A stretch of 64,000 nucleotides of DNA from Camelus ferus. Taxonomy: Eukaryota. The notes under the pieces are model-generated. The model was not told where the DNA came from. It ran no database searches and saw nothing but the letters and a program-made list of their open reading frames with translations. Shown here piece by piece: positions 12,409 through 24,860 of this stretch (positions are counted from its first letter, which is position 1; every line of letters starts with the position of its first letter). The position numbers and the translations under genes are program-made. Location: the NCBI RefSeq assembly GCF_009834535.1, contig NC_045697.1:8558001-8622000 (forward strand). Reading direction: 5' to 3'.

Positions 12409-12899
12409 TGAGAGGAGACGATTCCCATGGGTCTCCTTATGTTTCCCTGTGTCTTGTGAGTGAGGCACTGACTGCTCCCTATTCTGGACTACCTTTTCAA
12501 GGCCCTTTGCATGTCCAACAGCCTTGGAAGCACTAGAATCTTCCTCCAGAACAAAGGGAAGATACAGACAGTGTCTCCCTGCCCCACCACCTGCCAGAGC
12601 AAAGAGGAGACATGCTTACTCATAAAAGGTGTGGTTTCCGAAGCTCAGAGTTCCTCTCCTGCCGTGAACTCACTGTGTGTGCAGGTGTCTTCTGGCTTTC
12701 ACTTCATCATCCTGGGGGAACTGGGGCTCAGGGAAAAGGCGCAATGATGCCACCACCCTGGCTACTGCTATTACTGTGAGCAGTAAATTGTCCTTTGTCT
12801 TTGACCCATGAAACATCTCTTCTGCCAGCATCAGTGAAACCGTGGTGGGCTCAGTTGTCCAATTAGGGAAAAATGTCTGTCTCTTCACCGTGTTTGACA
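12409..12899 (+). mobile_element. Ancient ERV solo LTR (family uncertain)
   Basis: Starts tgagaggagacgattcccatgggtctcc and ends cttcaccgtgtttgaca; internal ATAAAA and AGTAAA; matches a recalled old eutherian LTR consensus; no clear TSD. Confidence 0.65.
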
Positions 12900-13302
12900 C
12901 TGGGATATAATTGTTACAGCAGGAATGGAGAGAAGGGAACAGATGTGAAGGAAATTTAATTGGTTTTTGGTGATGAGAGATGAAAATATTAAACTTGAGA
13001 TAAATTCATTCTCCCTCTTCAATACCCTCCTTTCCTTCCAAGGATGTGTCTATGACTCTATTCCATCCTTGGTCTTTCATGGTGCTGAAAGAGATGTGAA
13101 TTGGGGGAAACCCGAGAGGTACAGACAATTATGAGATTGACTTACAGCAGAAAGAGTCCGGAGTAGATCATGAAAAAACAAACAAACAAAAAAATAGAAT
13201 GGGGAATAAAAAATCCTTGGGTTTGGAAATAGTAGCAGGGTTTGAAGAGTTTTAGACCTTTTCAGGAAAAAAAACAAGAAAGAAGTAGCTCAGGGAGAGT
13301 TG

Positions 13303-13350
13303 ATACATAGATAGATGTAGATGGATAGATGGATAGATAGATAGATAGAT
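13303..13350. repeat. (TAGA)n/(TGGA)n tetranucleotide repeat
   Basis: atagatagatgtagatggatagatggatagatagatagatagat. Confidence 0.9.
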
Positions 13351-14849
13351 TAGAAGATTTCAAAGTCTGCTGTGTAGTATGAATGGGACCTCTCCTTAGT
13401 TTTGTACAGAATTCAGTAAAGGTTAAAATTATTTTAAATTTTCATTTTTGGTGGCCAAACTGCCGGATTTTTTTCTATGAATCCAAGCCAAGGTTAACTT
13501 CAAGGCAAGAGCCAGCAGATCAAGATATATGTAGGTTACACGTGTAAAACTTGTCAAACAGTGATTTATTAGATGTGCTAGTTTTAAAAGAGAGAGAGAG
13601 AGAGACAGATCTATGATAGCACTCAGGTTTCTGGCTTAAATATCTGGTTTTATGGGGTGCCATTTACCACACTAGGTAATGCAGATGGAGGAGCAGGTTT
13701 GGGTGAAAGTTACAGGGTTTGATCTCGAATGTGTTGAGTCAGGAGTGCCTAATGGGCGTGCCACGGGGTGGCCTGGGCTGGAGTCCATGGCAGTGATGTG
13801 GCACCCGCAGCAGTGGGACTGGATGAGAGACTGTTGCCAGGGTGGGTCCCTGGAGCACTCCACAGGGAGAGTGAGGCAGGCTGGGGTGGGGTTGGGGGTG
13901 GGATAGGAGACAACTAGGGGAAGGGGTGTCGCAGAATCACCCGAAGAGCACATGTCAAGAAAGCGAATCCAACGTTGATACCCAGGAAGGGAAAAAATCG
14001 AGATTATTCCATTACTTTCCAGCCAAAGTAAAAAACGAAAAACAAAAACAGCAATGAGATATAAAAGGCTTTTAAAAAACATAATCATGTTTCAAAACAA
14101 GGGCAGTAAACCCTGCAGGCCACACATGGAAGAGAAACAGCAGTGAGTGGGAAGGGACTCGAGGCCTGCGGGGCTCCGAGCCAGGAGCCAGCAGGGGCAG
14201 CCAGCCCGTCCACAACTGCGATGGGAAAGAGGCCCCTGTCGGGTGATGGGGGCCAGTGTCAGGCTTGCCGCGTGAAACCTGGAGCTCAGTGGGAATCTTC
14301 CACCCACGAAAGGAGGCGGAAAGCTGTGACCGCTGCCCGGGGCTGTGCAGATATCAGACTGCGGTCTGGGTCAGCCGGGAGAGGAGGCCGCCACGAGGCC
14401 AGCTGGGTCCTGGGCACAGCCACAGCACATCTGTGTGCTCTCCCGTCTGCAACACAAACTCTGTCCACCTTGGCCTCCCAGAACTCCCATCTCTGTCATT
14501 TCAACTCAGGGACACCGCCAGACTCTGCCTGGCTCCCCCATCCCTACATCGCCCCCTGGAAACTCTCCAGGCAGGAAACCAGGACATCACAGCCCACCTC
14601 GTGTGATGGCTCACCCTCAGAGCCACTGCCCTCTGCTGCTGAATATTTCTCGTATGAAAACTCATTTCTTACATTCTGTCCAGTTTTTTGTTCTGTCGAA
14701 TGTGAGGGTAAATCTGGTTCCTATTACTCCATCTTGGCCAGAAGCAGGAATTTTTCCTACGACTTTCAGTGCCATCTGTCTTTTAAAGTGTGAGCTGTTG
14801 ACTCCCAAGTTCACACTTGTAGCCCTTGCCTATTCCCACCGCCAGCCGG

Positions 14850-15745
14850 CTGCCTGACATCTTCATCTGGATGTCTAACAGTTCCTCAAACATATACTAA
14901 CCTGCAGGAGTCTTACGGATTTACTGCCGCAGACGTGCACCTGTTCCTCCCCTCCCTTCCACATCTTCTCATTGATGCAGGGAGCTCCTGGAGTTCCTGA
15001 CCCTTCTGCTTCCCTCACCAGTCACTCCCAACTCACACTCACATCCAATGGCTTCTGTCCATCGCTCACCAGAATGCTAATTGCCTTTGTTCTCTTCTAT
15101 CTCCAGTGCCTACGCCCAGGTCCAGACTACCAGTGTCTCTTGCCTCCACGCTGATCTTCTCTGTCCAGTCTGTTCCCCTTTGACACTAGGCTCCACATAG
15201 CAGATGAAATAACGCTGTAAAATATTGATCTAGCCACACGAGCCCTCTGCATCACTTTCACGTCCTTTCGTTGCACTTTGAGCCAAACTTGAAGTGCTTC
15301 CACAGTGCAGTCTGGCCCATGGGTTCCACCTTTCCCACTCCACACATGGCATTGGTTTCCACTCCACTTCTTGAACATTCCAAACCAGCCCCTGCCCCAG
15401 GGTCTTTATATGTGCTGTCCCCTCCGCCTGGAATTCATTTCACACTCTGGCTTCTCGACCTTCGAGCCTGTCTGTCACCTCTTCGGGGAGGGCTTTGTTG
15501 TCCAGTCCAAGGAGTGAACATCCAAGTTCAGTCCTGCCCTCGCCCTTTTGACACCTCAACCCTTGTTTGTTTCTTTTCCAGCACTTAGAGTTCATCATGT
15601 CTTTCTGTTTCTTTTTGTTCACAGTGTCCTGTCTGTCTTTCTCACTCAGATGTCAGCAGCAGGAGGACAGGAACACAGGCAGTCTTGCTCATCATTCTAA
15701 TCCAGCGTCTAGCACAGTGCCTGGCTCGACGTGTGTTGAATGAAT
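14850..15745 (+). mobile_element. L2 LINE 3' fragment
   Basis: Typical L2 body ending ...tctagcacagtgcctggc...gttgaatgaatg. Confidence 0.75.
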
Positions 15746-15771
15746 GGCTCAATCAATCAAAAACTCAATGA

Positions 15772-15875
15772 GGGGTCGGGGATAGAGCTCAGTGGTAGAG
15801 CATGTGCTTAGCATGCACCAGGTCCTGGGTTCAAGTCCTAATACCTCCAATAACAAAAGAAAAAAGAAAAAAAGA
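15772..15875 (+). mobile_element. tRNA-Ala(AGC)-derived short SINE (camelid Vic-1-like)
   Basis: GCTCAGTGGTAGAGCATGTGCTTAGCATGCACCAGGTCCTGGGTTCAAGTCC..TACCTCCA plus A-rich tail; 13-bp TSD aaaaactcaatga / aaaaactccatga (15759-15771 and 15876-15888). Confidence 0.9.
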
Positions 15876-15994
15876 AAAAACTCCATGAACTGATGAATGA
15901 ACAAGAAAGTGTAACTTCATCCTGAATCAGATTCCTATTTTGTTCTAACTGTGGCGTGGACCGTGATGGGAGGAGGCAAGCCTGGCAGCAGTGC

Positions 15995-16154
15995 GGACAG
16001 GAGGAGGCGGCAAGGGAGGCACCTAGTGCAAAACATTGAAAGAAGCACTCACTCTCCTGGCTGTGCAAGCTGGGAGTCAACACCCAAGTATGAGTGCTTC
16101 CTTAAATGTTAAGTCCTAGGTACTTCCCTGGCCTCCCCCCGGCTCCAGCCCTGG
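15995..16154. mobile_element. hAT-Tip100 MITE (MER91-like)
   Basis: Internal inverted repeat gaagcactca...tgagtgcttc; ends in ccagccctg. Confidence 0.55.
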
Positions 16155-17081
16155 GCAGCAAGGATACTTTCTGGGAGATTATTGACACAGTTCAGGCAAC
16201 AGTTGACAGTGGTCATGGCAATGAACAGAAGCGGGTCTATCTGAGACGTGCTGAGGAGACCTAGACCCTGCAATGCCCACTCTCTGGCTCACGCTGTACA
16301 GATCTCCCCGCTCAGTCTGCCTAAAAGCACACTGGGCTTCCTTCTCATTTTCTTAACCTGTCTATTTTACATTTTTTCCAAGCCTCCAGAGTTAGCTTAG
16401 CCATCTGTCACCTGACTAGCCACAAGTGGCATTATTGTTAAAGAAAAAAAAAAAAAAAAAGAGTTCCAAAAGGACATGAGGAAAGGTTTGAGGTTCATGG
16501 ACTCAGAATTTGAGGGCATTGTAACAGAAGAGAGGGGAAGTCATTAATTTAGTCTAGCTGTCCTTGAGCCATGTACCCACAGAACACTGGCGTCTTGGGA
16601 CCGGACAGGACAAGGTGTTCCAATGAAAAAAATCCAAAAATTGAAAAATCTTTCTATTGGGTAGGTGGTATGACTCGGTGATGGGGAATTAAATAAATAC
16701 ATAGAAAAGCATTTACATTTTTCTAAAAAAAAATTGTTTCTCAACTATTTAGTGCATTTGCTTCTTGTCTTTATCTCATTTTAGGTGGTGTGAAACTTAA
16801 CAGAGAATAATAAACTTTTTTTTTTTTTTTTACATAACACAGTAGTATTTCCTGGATCCTGCTAGGAATACCGTGACTTCTGCCTGCTGTCTCCTGATCA
16901 TTCCTGAGGTATATGCCTCTCCCTCCCTTGTATTCCAATATAATATACTGAGATGCCCAAGTTTACCACGCACATTGAGAGCTGTACGCAAATTCAGAGA
17001 CTCCCGCTCCAGTCAGTGCCATCCCTGTTACAACAATCTGCTCTTTTCCCTGTTAATGCTTTCGCCACCAGGTCTGCTACC

Positions 17082-17459
17082 TGTATCAGTCAGGATGGGC
17101 TCAGTTAGGCTGTAGTAACAAACAACTCCAAATCTCTGAGATTTTACAGACACAAACACACAGATATTTTACCCTTACGCACATCTCCAGGGCAGATGGA
17201 TGTGATGGGACAGGCTAGGGGAGGGCTCTGTTACTCTAACAGATACAACTCAATACATGTTTCCAGAAGTGAGAAGGGAATGTGGAAAACCATGCACAGA
17301 CTTTTTTTAGTTTCTGTCCAGAAGGGACATATGTCACTTCTGTTCAAATGCCATTGGCCAAAGCCAGTCACATGGCTGTGGCTGATTTTAACAAGGGCAG
17401 AGAATCACAAACTTGCCAAGCAGAGAGGGATTTGGTGAACAATCCTAATGATTATCACA
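17082..17459 (-). mobile_element. MaLR solo LTR (MLT1I/J-like)
   Basis: tgtatcagtcaggatgggctcagttaggctgtagtaacaaacaactccaaatctc...ccattggccaaagccagtcacatggc. Confidence 0.75.
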
Positions 17460-20074
17460 TCATTTACAAGAAGAGGGGCCGGGGCAGGAGGAGAAGGAGA
17501 AGAAGAAAAACCTGAAGAAGAAGAGGAGGAAGAAAGTTTAAAAACTGCTCGTGCTCAGGGATTAGAAGGCTTACATTTTCTTAACAAGATGTGTGATCTT
17601 GGGTAATTTACTTAATCCTATGATGTCTCCGTTTCCTCTCCTGTAAAACAGGACTAAAAGCATCTACCTCCTATAGTGGCTGTGGAGACTCAACCAGATA
17701 ATCTCTGCCAGTGCTATTCCCATGCCGGGCACAAAGTAGATGCCCAGGAAATAGCCATGATCGCTGTGGATATGGCTGTTTTCAAAGCACTTTCAAGTCC
17801 ATCAGCAGCTCTGATCCTCATGACAAGTCTGTAAGGTCAGTAAGGGGGATTATTATCATCCACATGTTACAGATGTGGAAATAGAGGTTCTTTGAAATTG
17901 AGCTGCCCCAGCAGCTGCCTGCTGCTCCATGGACGCAGCCGGGGGACCCTGGGCCACGGGGCTGCAGACCCCAGTCTTGTCCGCACGTCCTCCTCTCCTT
18001 CTCCCTCTCTTTTCTGGGGCCTTATTTTTAAAACTTCACTTGTGGTGGGTGACTATTTAGGTATATATTAAACTAGATGACTGAAAAATAAGAATGTAAA
18101 CATATGAATTTGGCCCAGGCCAGAAGACATAACACCTGTGTTAGCAGAAGCTGGTGGAAAGCCTCCGGACATATTTCTGGAACGTTTTTCACACATGTGA
18201 ATGAAAGACTCACCCGGGCCTCACACAGAAGACAGGCATGCCCGGGGACTTCGGCGGTCCCCGGGTGAGATCACCCCCTCCAGGAAAGGAGGCCCAGGAG
18301 GCCGGGAACCATGCTGTTGCGGTTTCCACTCAGGGCTGAATGCATTGTTGCATTTGATAAATATTAAACTCTCGGTCGTGTAAAAAGATGAGCTATGCTC
18401 AAAGGCAGCTGGAAACAGATGCAATACAAATGCCTTTGCCCCTCCAGCTAGGTCTGAGGGGAGGCTGGTTTCCTCGTCCTGAAAGTGAAAATAAGAGCAA
18501 GTTCTGTCTTCTAGCAAAGTGAGCACTTAAATAGAGAACCCAGAGTCTCCAGAGAGACAAATGCAAGCTTTGTTGCTGTGTCCCGCCATCCCTAGCCAAC
18601 CACGTAGGGACGGAGGGCCTCGAGGTCAGGAGCGAGGAGTTGTAGCTCTTACCCTCCAGCCAGGCTCTAGGAGATGCAGAGAGAGAAGTGGATGGTTGGT
18701 TGCTGTCCCAGCAACCTGCACATCCTGAAAAGCAAATTCCACCAGAGCTTTGGAGCTTTCCAGAAACCCACCCCTAGAACCCTGGCTTCCAGCACTCCTG
18801 CCCTGATAGCTCCCACTCACCCTCCTCTTTTCCTTCTGCCTCACAATGCCCTCACAACTGATCCCTGGTACACCTCTGATTGCTTCAGGTATAACAGGAC
18901 ATAGAAAAATGCATGCCCCTCAGTTTCAGAAGATCTGGGGAAGGCTAGGTGGTGGGTGAGGCTAAACCTCAAAGGAAGGGGCCTTGAACTTTATGTCAGG
19001 TGGTGGGCGGGGGCTGGGGGTCTGTGCGCAGCAAGATGTAGGCGTGTCTGGGGTAGGGGGTTGGGAAGACAGCAAAGCCCAATGTGGCGAGCCCAGCAGG
19101 GGGGAAAAGCAGGCGCTGAGAGAGAGGGTTCTTGCCCTTCCCTCCCAAACCTTCATTAACACTGGTGAAGTCATAGCATGTGCCCGTAGGAGTAGAGATT
19201 TTTGGATAAATAAAATGGCCAAGGGGCCGCGGTCAGTTTCCCAAGTGGTCCAGAGCCAATCCATGGCCCATGGAGTTGCAGCAGCAGAAAGAGAGGAGAC
19301 CATGAGGAAGAAGAGGAGCAAGAATTTCTGGAAATTGCAAGGAGGATTCTGGATTTTCGCCACCAAAACAGTAGGTGTTCAAACTAAGTCAACCAGAAGC
19401 CCCAGGGCACAGCTGAGGGACTGTCATGGGTTTCTGTTAATTTAGTCTTCCCAACTGGAGCATAAGCATTTTGAGGGTGGAAACCACGGCTTGGTTGTCA
19501 CCGTGTCACCACCACCCCAGTGCCTTTGCACACAGCAGGTACTTAATGATTACTGATGCATTAAGCTGTTTTCCCGATCCCTCTACACAGAGCCCCCAGC
19601 ATGGCGCACTGAAGACTCGACGATGGACTGAAGCAGCGGGGCGTGCGGTAGCAGTGGCGCCGGAACTGGGAGTGTGGGAGGCTGGGGCTTTCATTCCAGC
19701 TCAGCGGATTGCTAGTCATGCCCTGAGGACAAGGTGCTTAGCCCCTCTGGGCCTCAGATTCCACATAAGTAAAATGGGCATTAAAATCTCACTGAGGAAC
19801 CAAAATATTAGCTACTTAATGGAGGGAAGTGATCGTGAAAATCCTGACTACAGCAGAGCCTCATAAATTACAGCTTGTTATACAAATGATTTTTTAAACC
19901 TTTAAAAAAATATATTACTGACACTTTGGGAATGTAACTAGGAAAGAAATGGGTTTCAGGACAGGCCATGCATGTCTGCGAAAAGGTTCTGAGCACGCAC
20001 CACCACTTGGACATGATAAACACAGATCCTCTGATGTGCCTGCCGGGAACATTCCCTGCTTGCCACGCTTCCAC

Positions 20075-20490
20075 CCTCTTCCTCTCTTGCCAGCCCCTGT
20101 CTGTGTATCATCTCCGTGTCTCTGCACTTCTGTCTTTCTCTCTCTTTCATCCTGTACTCTCGGTTGCAGTGTCTCCCTCTGTTTCTGTACGTCTCTGTTT
20201 CTATTCCTGTTTTTTGCTCATTGTCTCCTGACTCTCTGCCTCTTTTGGTCCTTCAGTTTCTCTCTCTCTCTGTCACTCTCTCACACCTTGTATTTCCTCC
20301 CTCTGATGATCTCTCTTTGCTTCTGTCTCTCACTGTCTTTCTCTCTTGTCTCCCCATCTCTTTCTGTCTCTTCCTCTCCTTCGTCTGTTCTTCTCTGTAT
20401 CCTTGCCTTGTCTCTGTATCTTCTACGATGACTCTGTGTCTGTCTGTCTGACCATCTCTCTGACAGGGTCCGTCTCTCCCCTCTTCCATG
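20075..20490. repeat. CT-rich low-complexity polypyrimidine tract (about 400 bp)
   Basis: Degenerate (CT)n/(CTGT)n sequence; the overlapping ORFs are S/L/F/C- or R/E-rich artefacts. Confidence 0.9.
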
Positions 20491-22554
20491 CTTTATTCCG
20501 TGGTGCTCACAGAGACTGAGATTCCACCCACACTGTGACCTCTCACGTCAGCCTCTCCCCTGACTGCTCACACTCAGCATGACCATGTCTCATCCGAGTC
20601 CCCCGGTCAGTATAAGTCTCCCTTGTTCACTTTGGGCAGGAGCTGGGGCTTATGGGCAGCCATGCAGCACAGCCCAGACCTGGAGGCAGGGAGGGCGTGT
20701 GTCTGGCCTCACTCTGTCCTAGGGGAGGGGCCCTGGCTTCCCTCTCCCACGAGGGACATCTGGTCAGGGTGGGCCCCCAAAACAAGGCCACCCTGAATCC
20801 CCACGAAACATGTGGCCAACATTTATCTTTCATGGCCCTCTAGGTTGTAAGATTGTTATTTTTGTGTATTTTTCTGATTGTCCAAATTATAGACTCTGTC
20901 AAGTAGAAAGTTTAGACAGTATGAGAAACAGTAAAGATGCAGAAAGAAAAGTCATGTGTTATCCTACTGCCCAGAGGCAGCCTCTGCTGTCATTCTGGCA
21001 TATTTTTGTTTAGGATTTTTCTCATGCATTTTGTTATTTGTCTTTACATAGATAAGATCACATTAGACTTAGAACTGTGCAATGTCTCCTGTTGTTTTTA
21101 ATATTCTATCATTTTTATTTTCCTTTGTCCTGGAAGCTTTCTGGACACACAGTTTTCTCTCCTCCTGGGAGACAAAAAAAGGGGAATCTTCAGTGGCTCC
21201 CCATTTCTCAAAGGAGAAATTCAAGTATTTTAACATGGCTTACCACTGTAGCCTACCTCTTCTGATTCCAAAACTCTACACTGAACAACAGCCAATCAGG
21301 GCTCTTCTAGTTTCCCAAACGCATAAGGTCACCTTAGCAACTGGTCTTTGCACACACCCTTCTCTCTGTGTAGAACACAAGTGTCTGAGTTTTTTCATGA
21401 ATCAGCTTAGCTATCACTGTCCTCTGAAAATGTTCCCTGGTCCCTCCAGACGTCCTCCCCATCCTACATCTAGGAACCATGCCTATCACATTCCACACTT
21501 CCCCTCGCAGAGAACCTGCCCCTGGTACAGCTGCCTGGTCACTTGATGTCATCCTCGCCGAACCACTCAGAGGGCGTCTGTACTAAATGACACCCAGAAG
21601 GCATCTGGCACAGAGCAGATCCTTCGTAAATATCCGTGTTACCTGAGTCATCCGTGAGAAATTTGCCAAACCATTTATTCCCTTGATGTTGGCCCTGTAG
21701 GTCGCTTTCAGTTTCCCCAAGTGATAAATAACCCTACTAAGTAGCTCATTCCCAAAGCTTTGTCTGTGTTTCCATTCATTTGCATAGGCTGAACACTCCA
21801 GATACCGTAAAATAGCAAATTGCATGTATCATCATTGTTTAACGTTAGGTCCCTCTGACAGCTTAGGGTCCCTGCTATAGATTTCTCGTCCTAAAAGCTA
21901 CTGATGGGTTGAAGAGAGGCAGGGGGAACTGTCAGTGGGATTTAAGAGTAGAGAGGTTTTACCAAATTTAAAACTGCTATTAAGTGAGAATCTTTGAGCT
22001 GATGATCCTTATAGATCATGAAGCCTTGAGTTATGAGATTTCCTCCAAGTTACTTAGCTTTTTTTCTGCTGATGGAACCTTTAAAGTCCTCCCCACCCCA
22101 CCCAAGGTAACTGTTGTACGTTTGGTCAGCTCAAGAAACATGATGAGTTTGGCAAAGGATGGTGGTCAATGGAAGACACGAAGCGATACTGAGTCAAAAG
22201 CAAGGTAACTTCCCCTGTTCCCTAACTACCCTGCAATCTGAGATAAAATCCTAGGTTTTGGAACCATTATTCACTGAAATATTGAACACCTGCCAAGTAT
22301 CAGGAGCTGTGTTTTGTTTGTTTGTTTGTTTGGTTGGTTGTTTTTTTTCTGGGAGTGAGAAATTAGTAATAAGAAACAAGTGCTTACCCACAGGAGCTCC
22401 CAGTCTCTGGAAATGGTTTGCAATATGTATTGAAAATGTGAGGGCAGTAAGGAACCACGGGGAAGGACACCTCACTCAGGGGGCGGAAGGGACCCAGCCT
22501 GGGGCAAAGTGAGGGCAACAGGGGAGCACAAAAGGTGCAAATACCCTTGGGTGT

Positions 22555-22578
22555 GGGTCACTGGGAGGTCAAAGGTCA
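22555..22578 (+). promoter_or_regulatory. Composite nuclear-receptor element DR5+DR1
   Basis: GGGTCA ctggg AGGTCA a AGGTCA: three perfect RGKTCA half-sites. Confidence 0.55.
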
Positions 22579-23739
22579 AAGTGTTAGCAGTAGGAGTCGA
22601 TGACGCCTTTGCAGGTGCTTTTCAGCCACAAAGCTGCAGCACGCTGGTTAGTTATGAGGTTGTATCACAAGAGACAAAAGAGTAAAGCTTTTTAAAAAAA
22701 ATTTTTTTTTTTTTTAGCAAATTAGAGTGTATTTCAGGTTGTCCCTCTTGCGAACGTTCCTAGTTCTCACTTCGTTCTGATGCGCTGTCTCTCTTAGCCC
22801 TCAGGGAAGTGTAAGTCTGTGTCAGCCTGGCCTTTGAATTCTCTGTGACCTTTTTGGTTGGCCGTAAAGTGAGCTCTACTTTAAACCAAGTTTAAGAGGA
22901 TGCCTGCCCTTCTCAATCTCTTTGGCTTGGGTTTCAGACAAGCTAACTTTGGAAATTGTGTCTAATCGCATTTGAATCCAAATCAAGGCCTAGCTTCAAA
23001 CCATCGGCCTCTTTTCCTAGGCGAAGGGGGAATAAATACAACATTGACAGCACAGCTGTTTCTCCTGAAAGGACCTGGCGTCTCATGTAGTTTATTTCCC
23101 GTATTTTACAGAAGTGGAAAGCGAGGCTCCGAGAGGCAGCATCACCGCCCAGGATCGCAGCTCTGCATCCTTAGCCACGGAGAGGTCATGAGGAACCACA
23201 CGTGAGCCGCAGTCGTAAGTGGAGCAGAGGAGACTGAAGAAAAGGTCGGTCAAGGGGAGAGAATGAGAAAGATGCTCAGTAGAAAGAGAAGAACAAATCA
23301 GATGGGCAGGAAGGCAGCAAACCCCGTTAAAGCGAGAACCCTACAGTGCAGCTCCCTGCTCTCTTGTGTCCGTGGGCCCCAGAGTGACCTCGGCTCCGGA
23401 AAGGTCACGCTGTTCTCACTTCCCTGAATTTCAGTCTTCCTCCCACTGAGGAATGTGATGCAATGCAATGGGATGCAGGAATCACTGTCTGAATTTCTAT
23501 GTCTCTTCACTTTACCTCAAAGTAAGAAAAATACTCTCTGCTATTTAATCTATATGTTGACACCGATACCTTTACTAGACGCATGTCAGATGGTTACAGC
23601 AGGGGAAGCATCTAGAATGTCAGGTGTGAGAACAAGCTAAGAGAATGAAGGAAGTCTCCCAACACAGAGGGGCTGGCTGCCACTCACTCAGCCAGTTGAG
23701 GTGGACGGCAGTGGCCTGTGGTCTCGGAGCGCCCGCCGG

Positions 23740-23842
23740 CTATGGACTAAACATTCGTGTCCCTCCAAAATTCGTATGTTGAAACTTTAACCCCAATATG
23801 ATAGTATTCAGAGGTGAAGACTTTGGGAGGTAATTAGATTTT
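23740..23842 (+). mobile_element. MaLR LTR 5' fragment (MLT1A/B-like)
   Basis: ctatggactaaacattcgtgtccctccaaaattcgtatgttgaaac...ctttgggaggtaattagatt. Confidence 0.75.
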
Positions 23843-24254
23843 TGTTTTGTTCTGGTTCTTTAGTGGGGGACTTCATTTGGACTGCATCTTCCAAAGGGTG
23901 GCCTCGCTTAGGATCTTTATAAGAACAAGCACATCTCAAGCCAGCACTTACACTAAGGCCCCCACCCCACCTGGTCTATCTGCCAGGAACTGGCCAAGGT
24001 GGGGGAATGACCCGCCTGACTCTCAATTTAAAATGAGGCAGATGATGTGTTTTACCAGTTGTCCAGTTCCCTTCTTTCCTCTATCATGCATGGATCTCAT
24101 ATTCTGTAAAGTTTTTAAAAGGACCTGTAGTATCAGCCTAGTCTAGTGCGCAACTACTGATACATTTCAGATGATGATTCTTCCAAATGGATTAGTGAAA
24201 GTGAGGGGAAGAATTCTGAACAGGTAGGGTAAATGATTGTTTTCATCACAGCAG

Positions 24255-24470
24255 CTACTAGACATGAAGTCCTTCCTGTCGGCCAGGCACTGTGTTAAAT
24301 GCTTTCCTTTAACACCATTTCAAATAATCCTGATTCCAACCCTATAAAGCAAGTAGTGCTATCATCCCCGATTTTCTGGTGAGGAAACTGAGGCCCAAGG
24401 TCACACGATTGCTACATGGAAGAGGCATAATTGAATCAAGGCTCTGAGTCTAAAGCTGGGCTCTTGGATA
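24255..24470 (-). mobile_element. MIR SINE (one of more than 15 MIR fragments; others near 0.7, 1.5, 3.0, 7.0, 11.1, 17.6-17.9, 19.7, 25.0, 29.3, 32.3, 36.5, 55.6, 61.7, 63.0 and 63.6 kb)
   Basis: MIR core: atcatccccgattttctggtgaggaaactgaggcccaaggtcacac. Confidence 0.8.
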
Positions 24471-24774
24471 CTTTGTCATCTTTTGACTGCTTTTACAAAA
24501 CAACCACAAAATGCATGTCGACAAGTTTTACACACTTCGTCATGCCCTCAGGGTCAAGTTCAGAGGTTCTCAAACCTGTTCAGGTATTGGAGCACCTAAA
24601 AGTCAGGCAAGATACCAAGAAGTGGTTATATAGTTAATAAGATTTTTGGAATAGGAGTAGTTTTAGGAGCAGAAAAACACATGTGTTTATAACATCAAGA
24701 AGGCTCACCCAGAACAGGGACCCCTGGGGGAGAAGCTGTCACAGTGGGTATGGGAGACCGGAATCTCAGCCCTT

Positions 24775-24860
24775 ATTTTTTTTTTTTTAATTTTAATTGA
24801 AGTACAGTCCATTACAATGTGTCAGTTTCTGGTGTACAGCACAATCCCCAGTCATGCATA
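24775..24860 (-). mobile_element. Very short L1 3' end with poly(T)
   Basis: ttttttttaattttaattgaagtacagtc...tttctggtgtacagc is the reverse complement of the tail of the 9.1-9.9 kb L1. Confidence 0.75.

Noticed and set aside
13068..13089. REST/NRSF RE1 site (minus strand TTCAGCACCATG)
   Set aside because: Only the left half matches; the GGACAG right half is absent. The same applies at about 20497-20507.
14143..14857. Longest ORFs in the track (216 and 170 aa)
   Set aside because: Non-ATG starts, GC-rich composition, overlap with MaLR-internal-like sequence, and no domain resemblance.
19151..19327. Open 59-codon hydrophobic minus-strand exon candidate (KFLLLFFLMVSSLSAAATPW...)
   Set aside because: The acceptor is plausible but the donor (AAG|GTTTGG) is weak and no homology was recognised; insufficient support.
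19949..20489. Hydrophobic or R/E-rich ORFs
   Set aside because: Translations of CT-rich low-complexity DNA.
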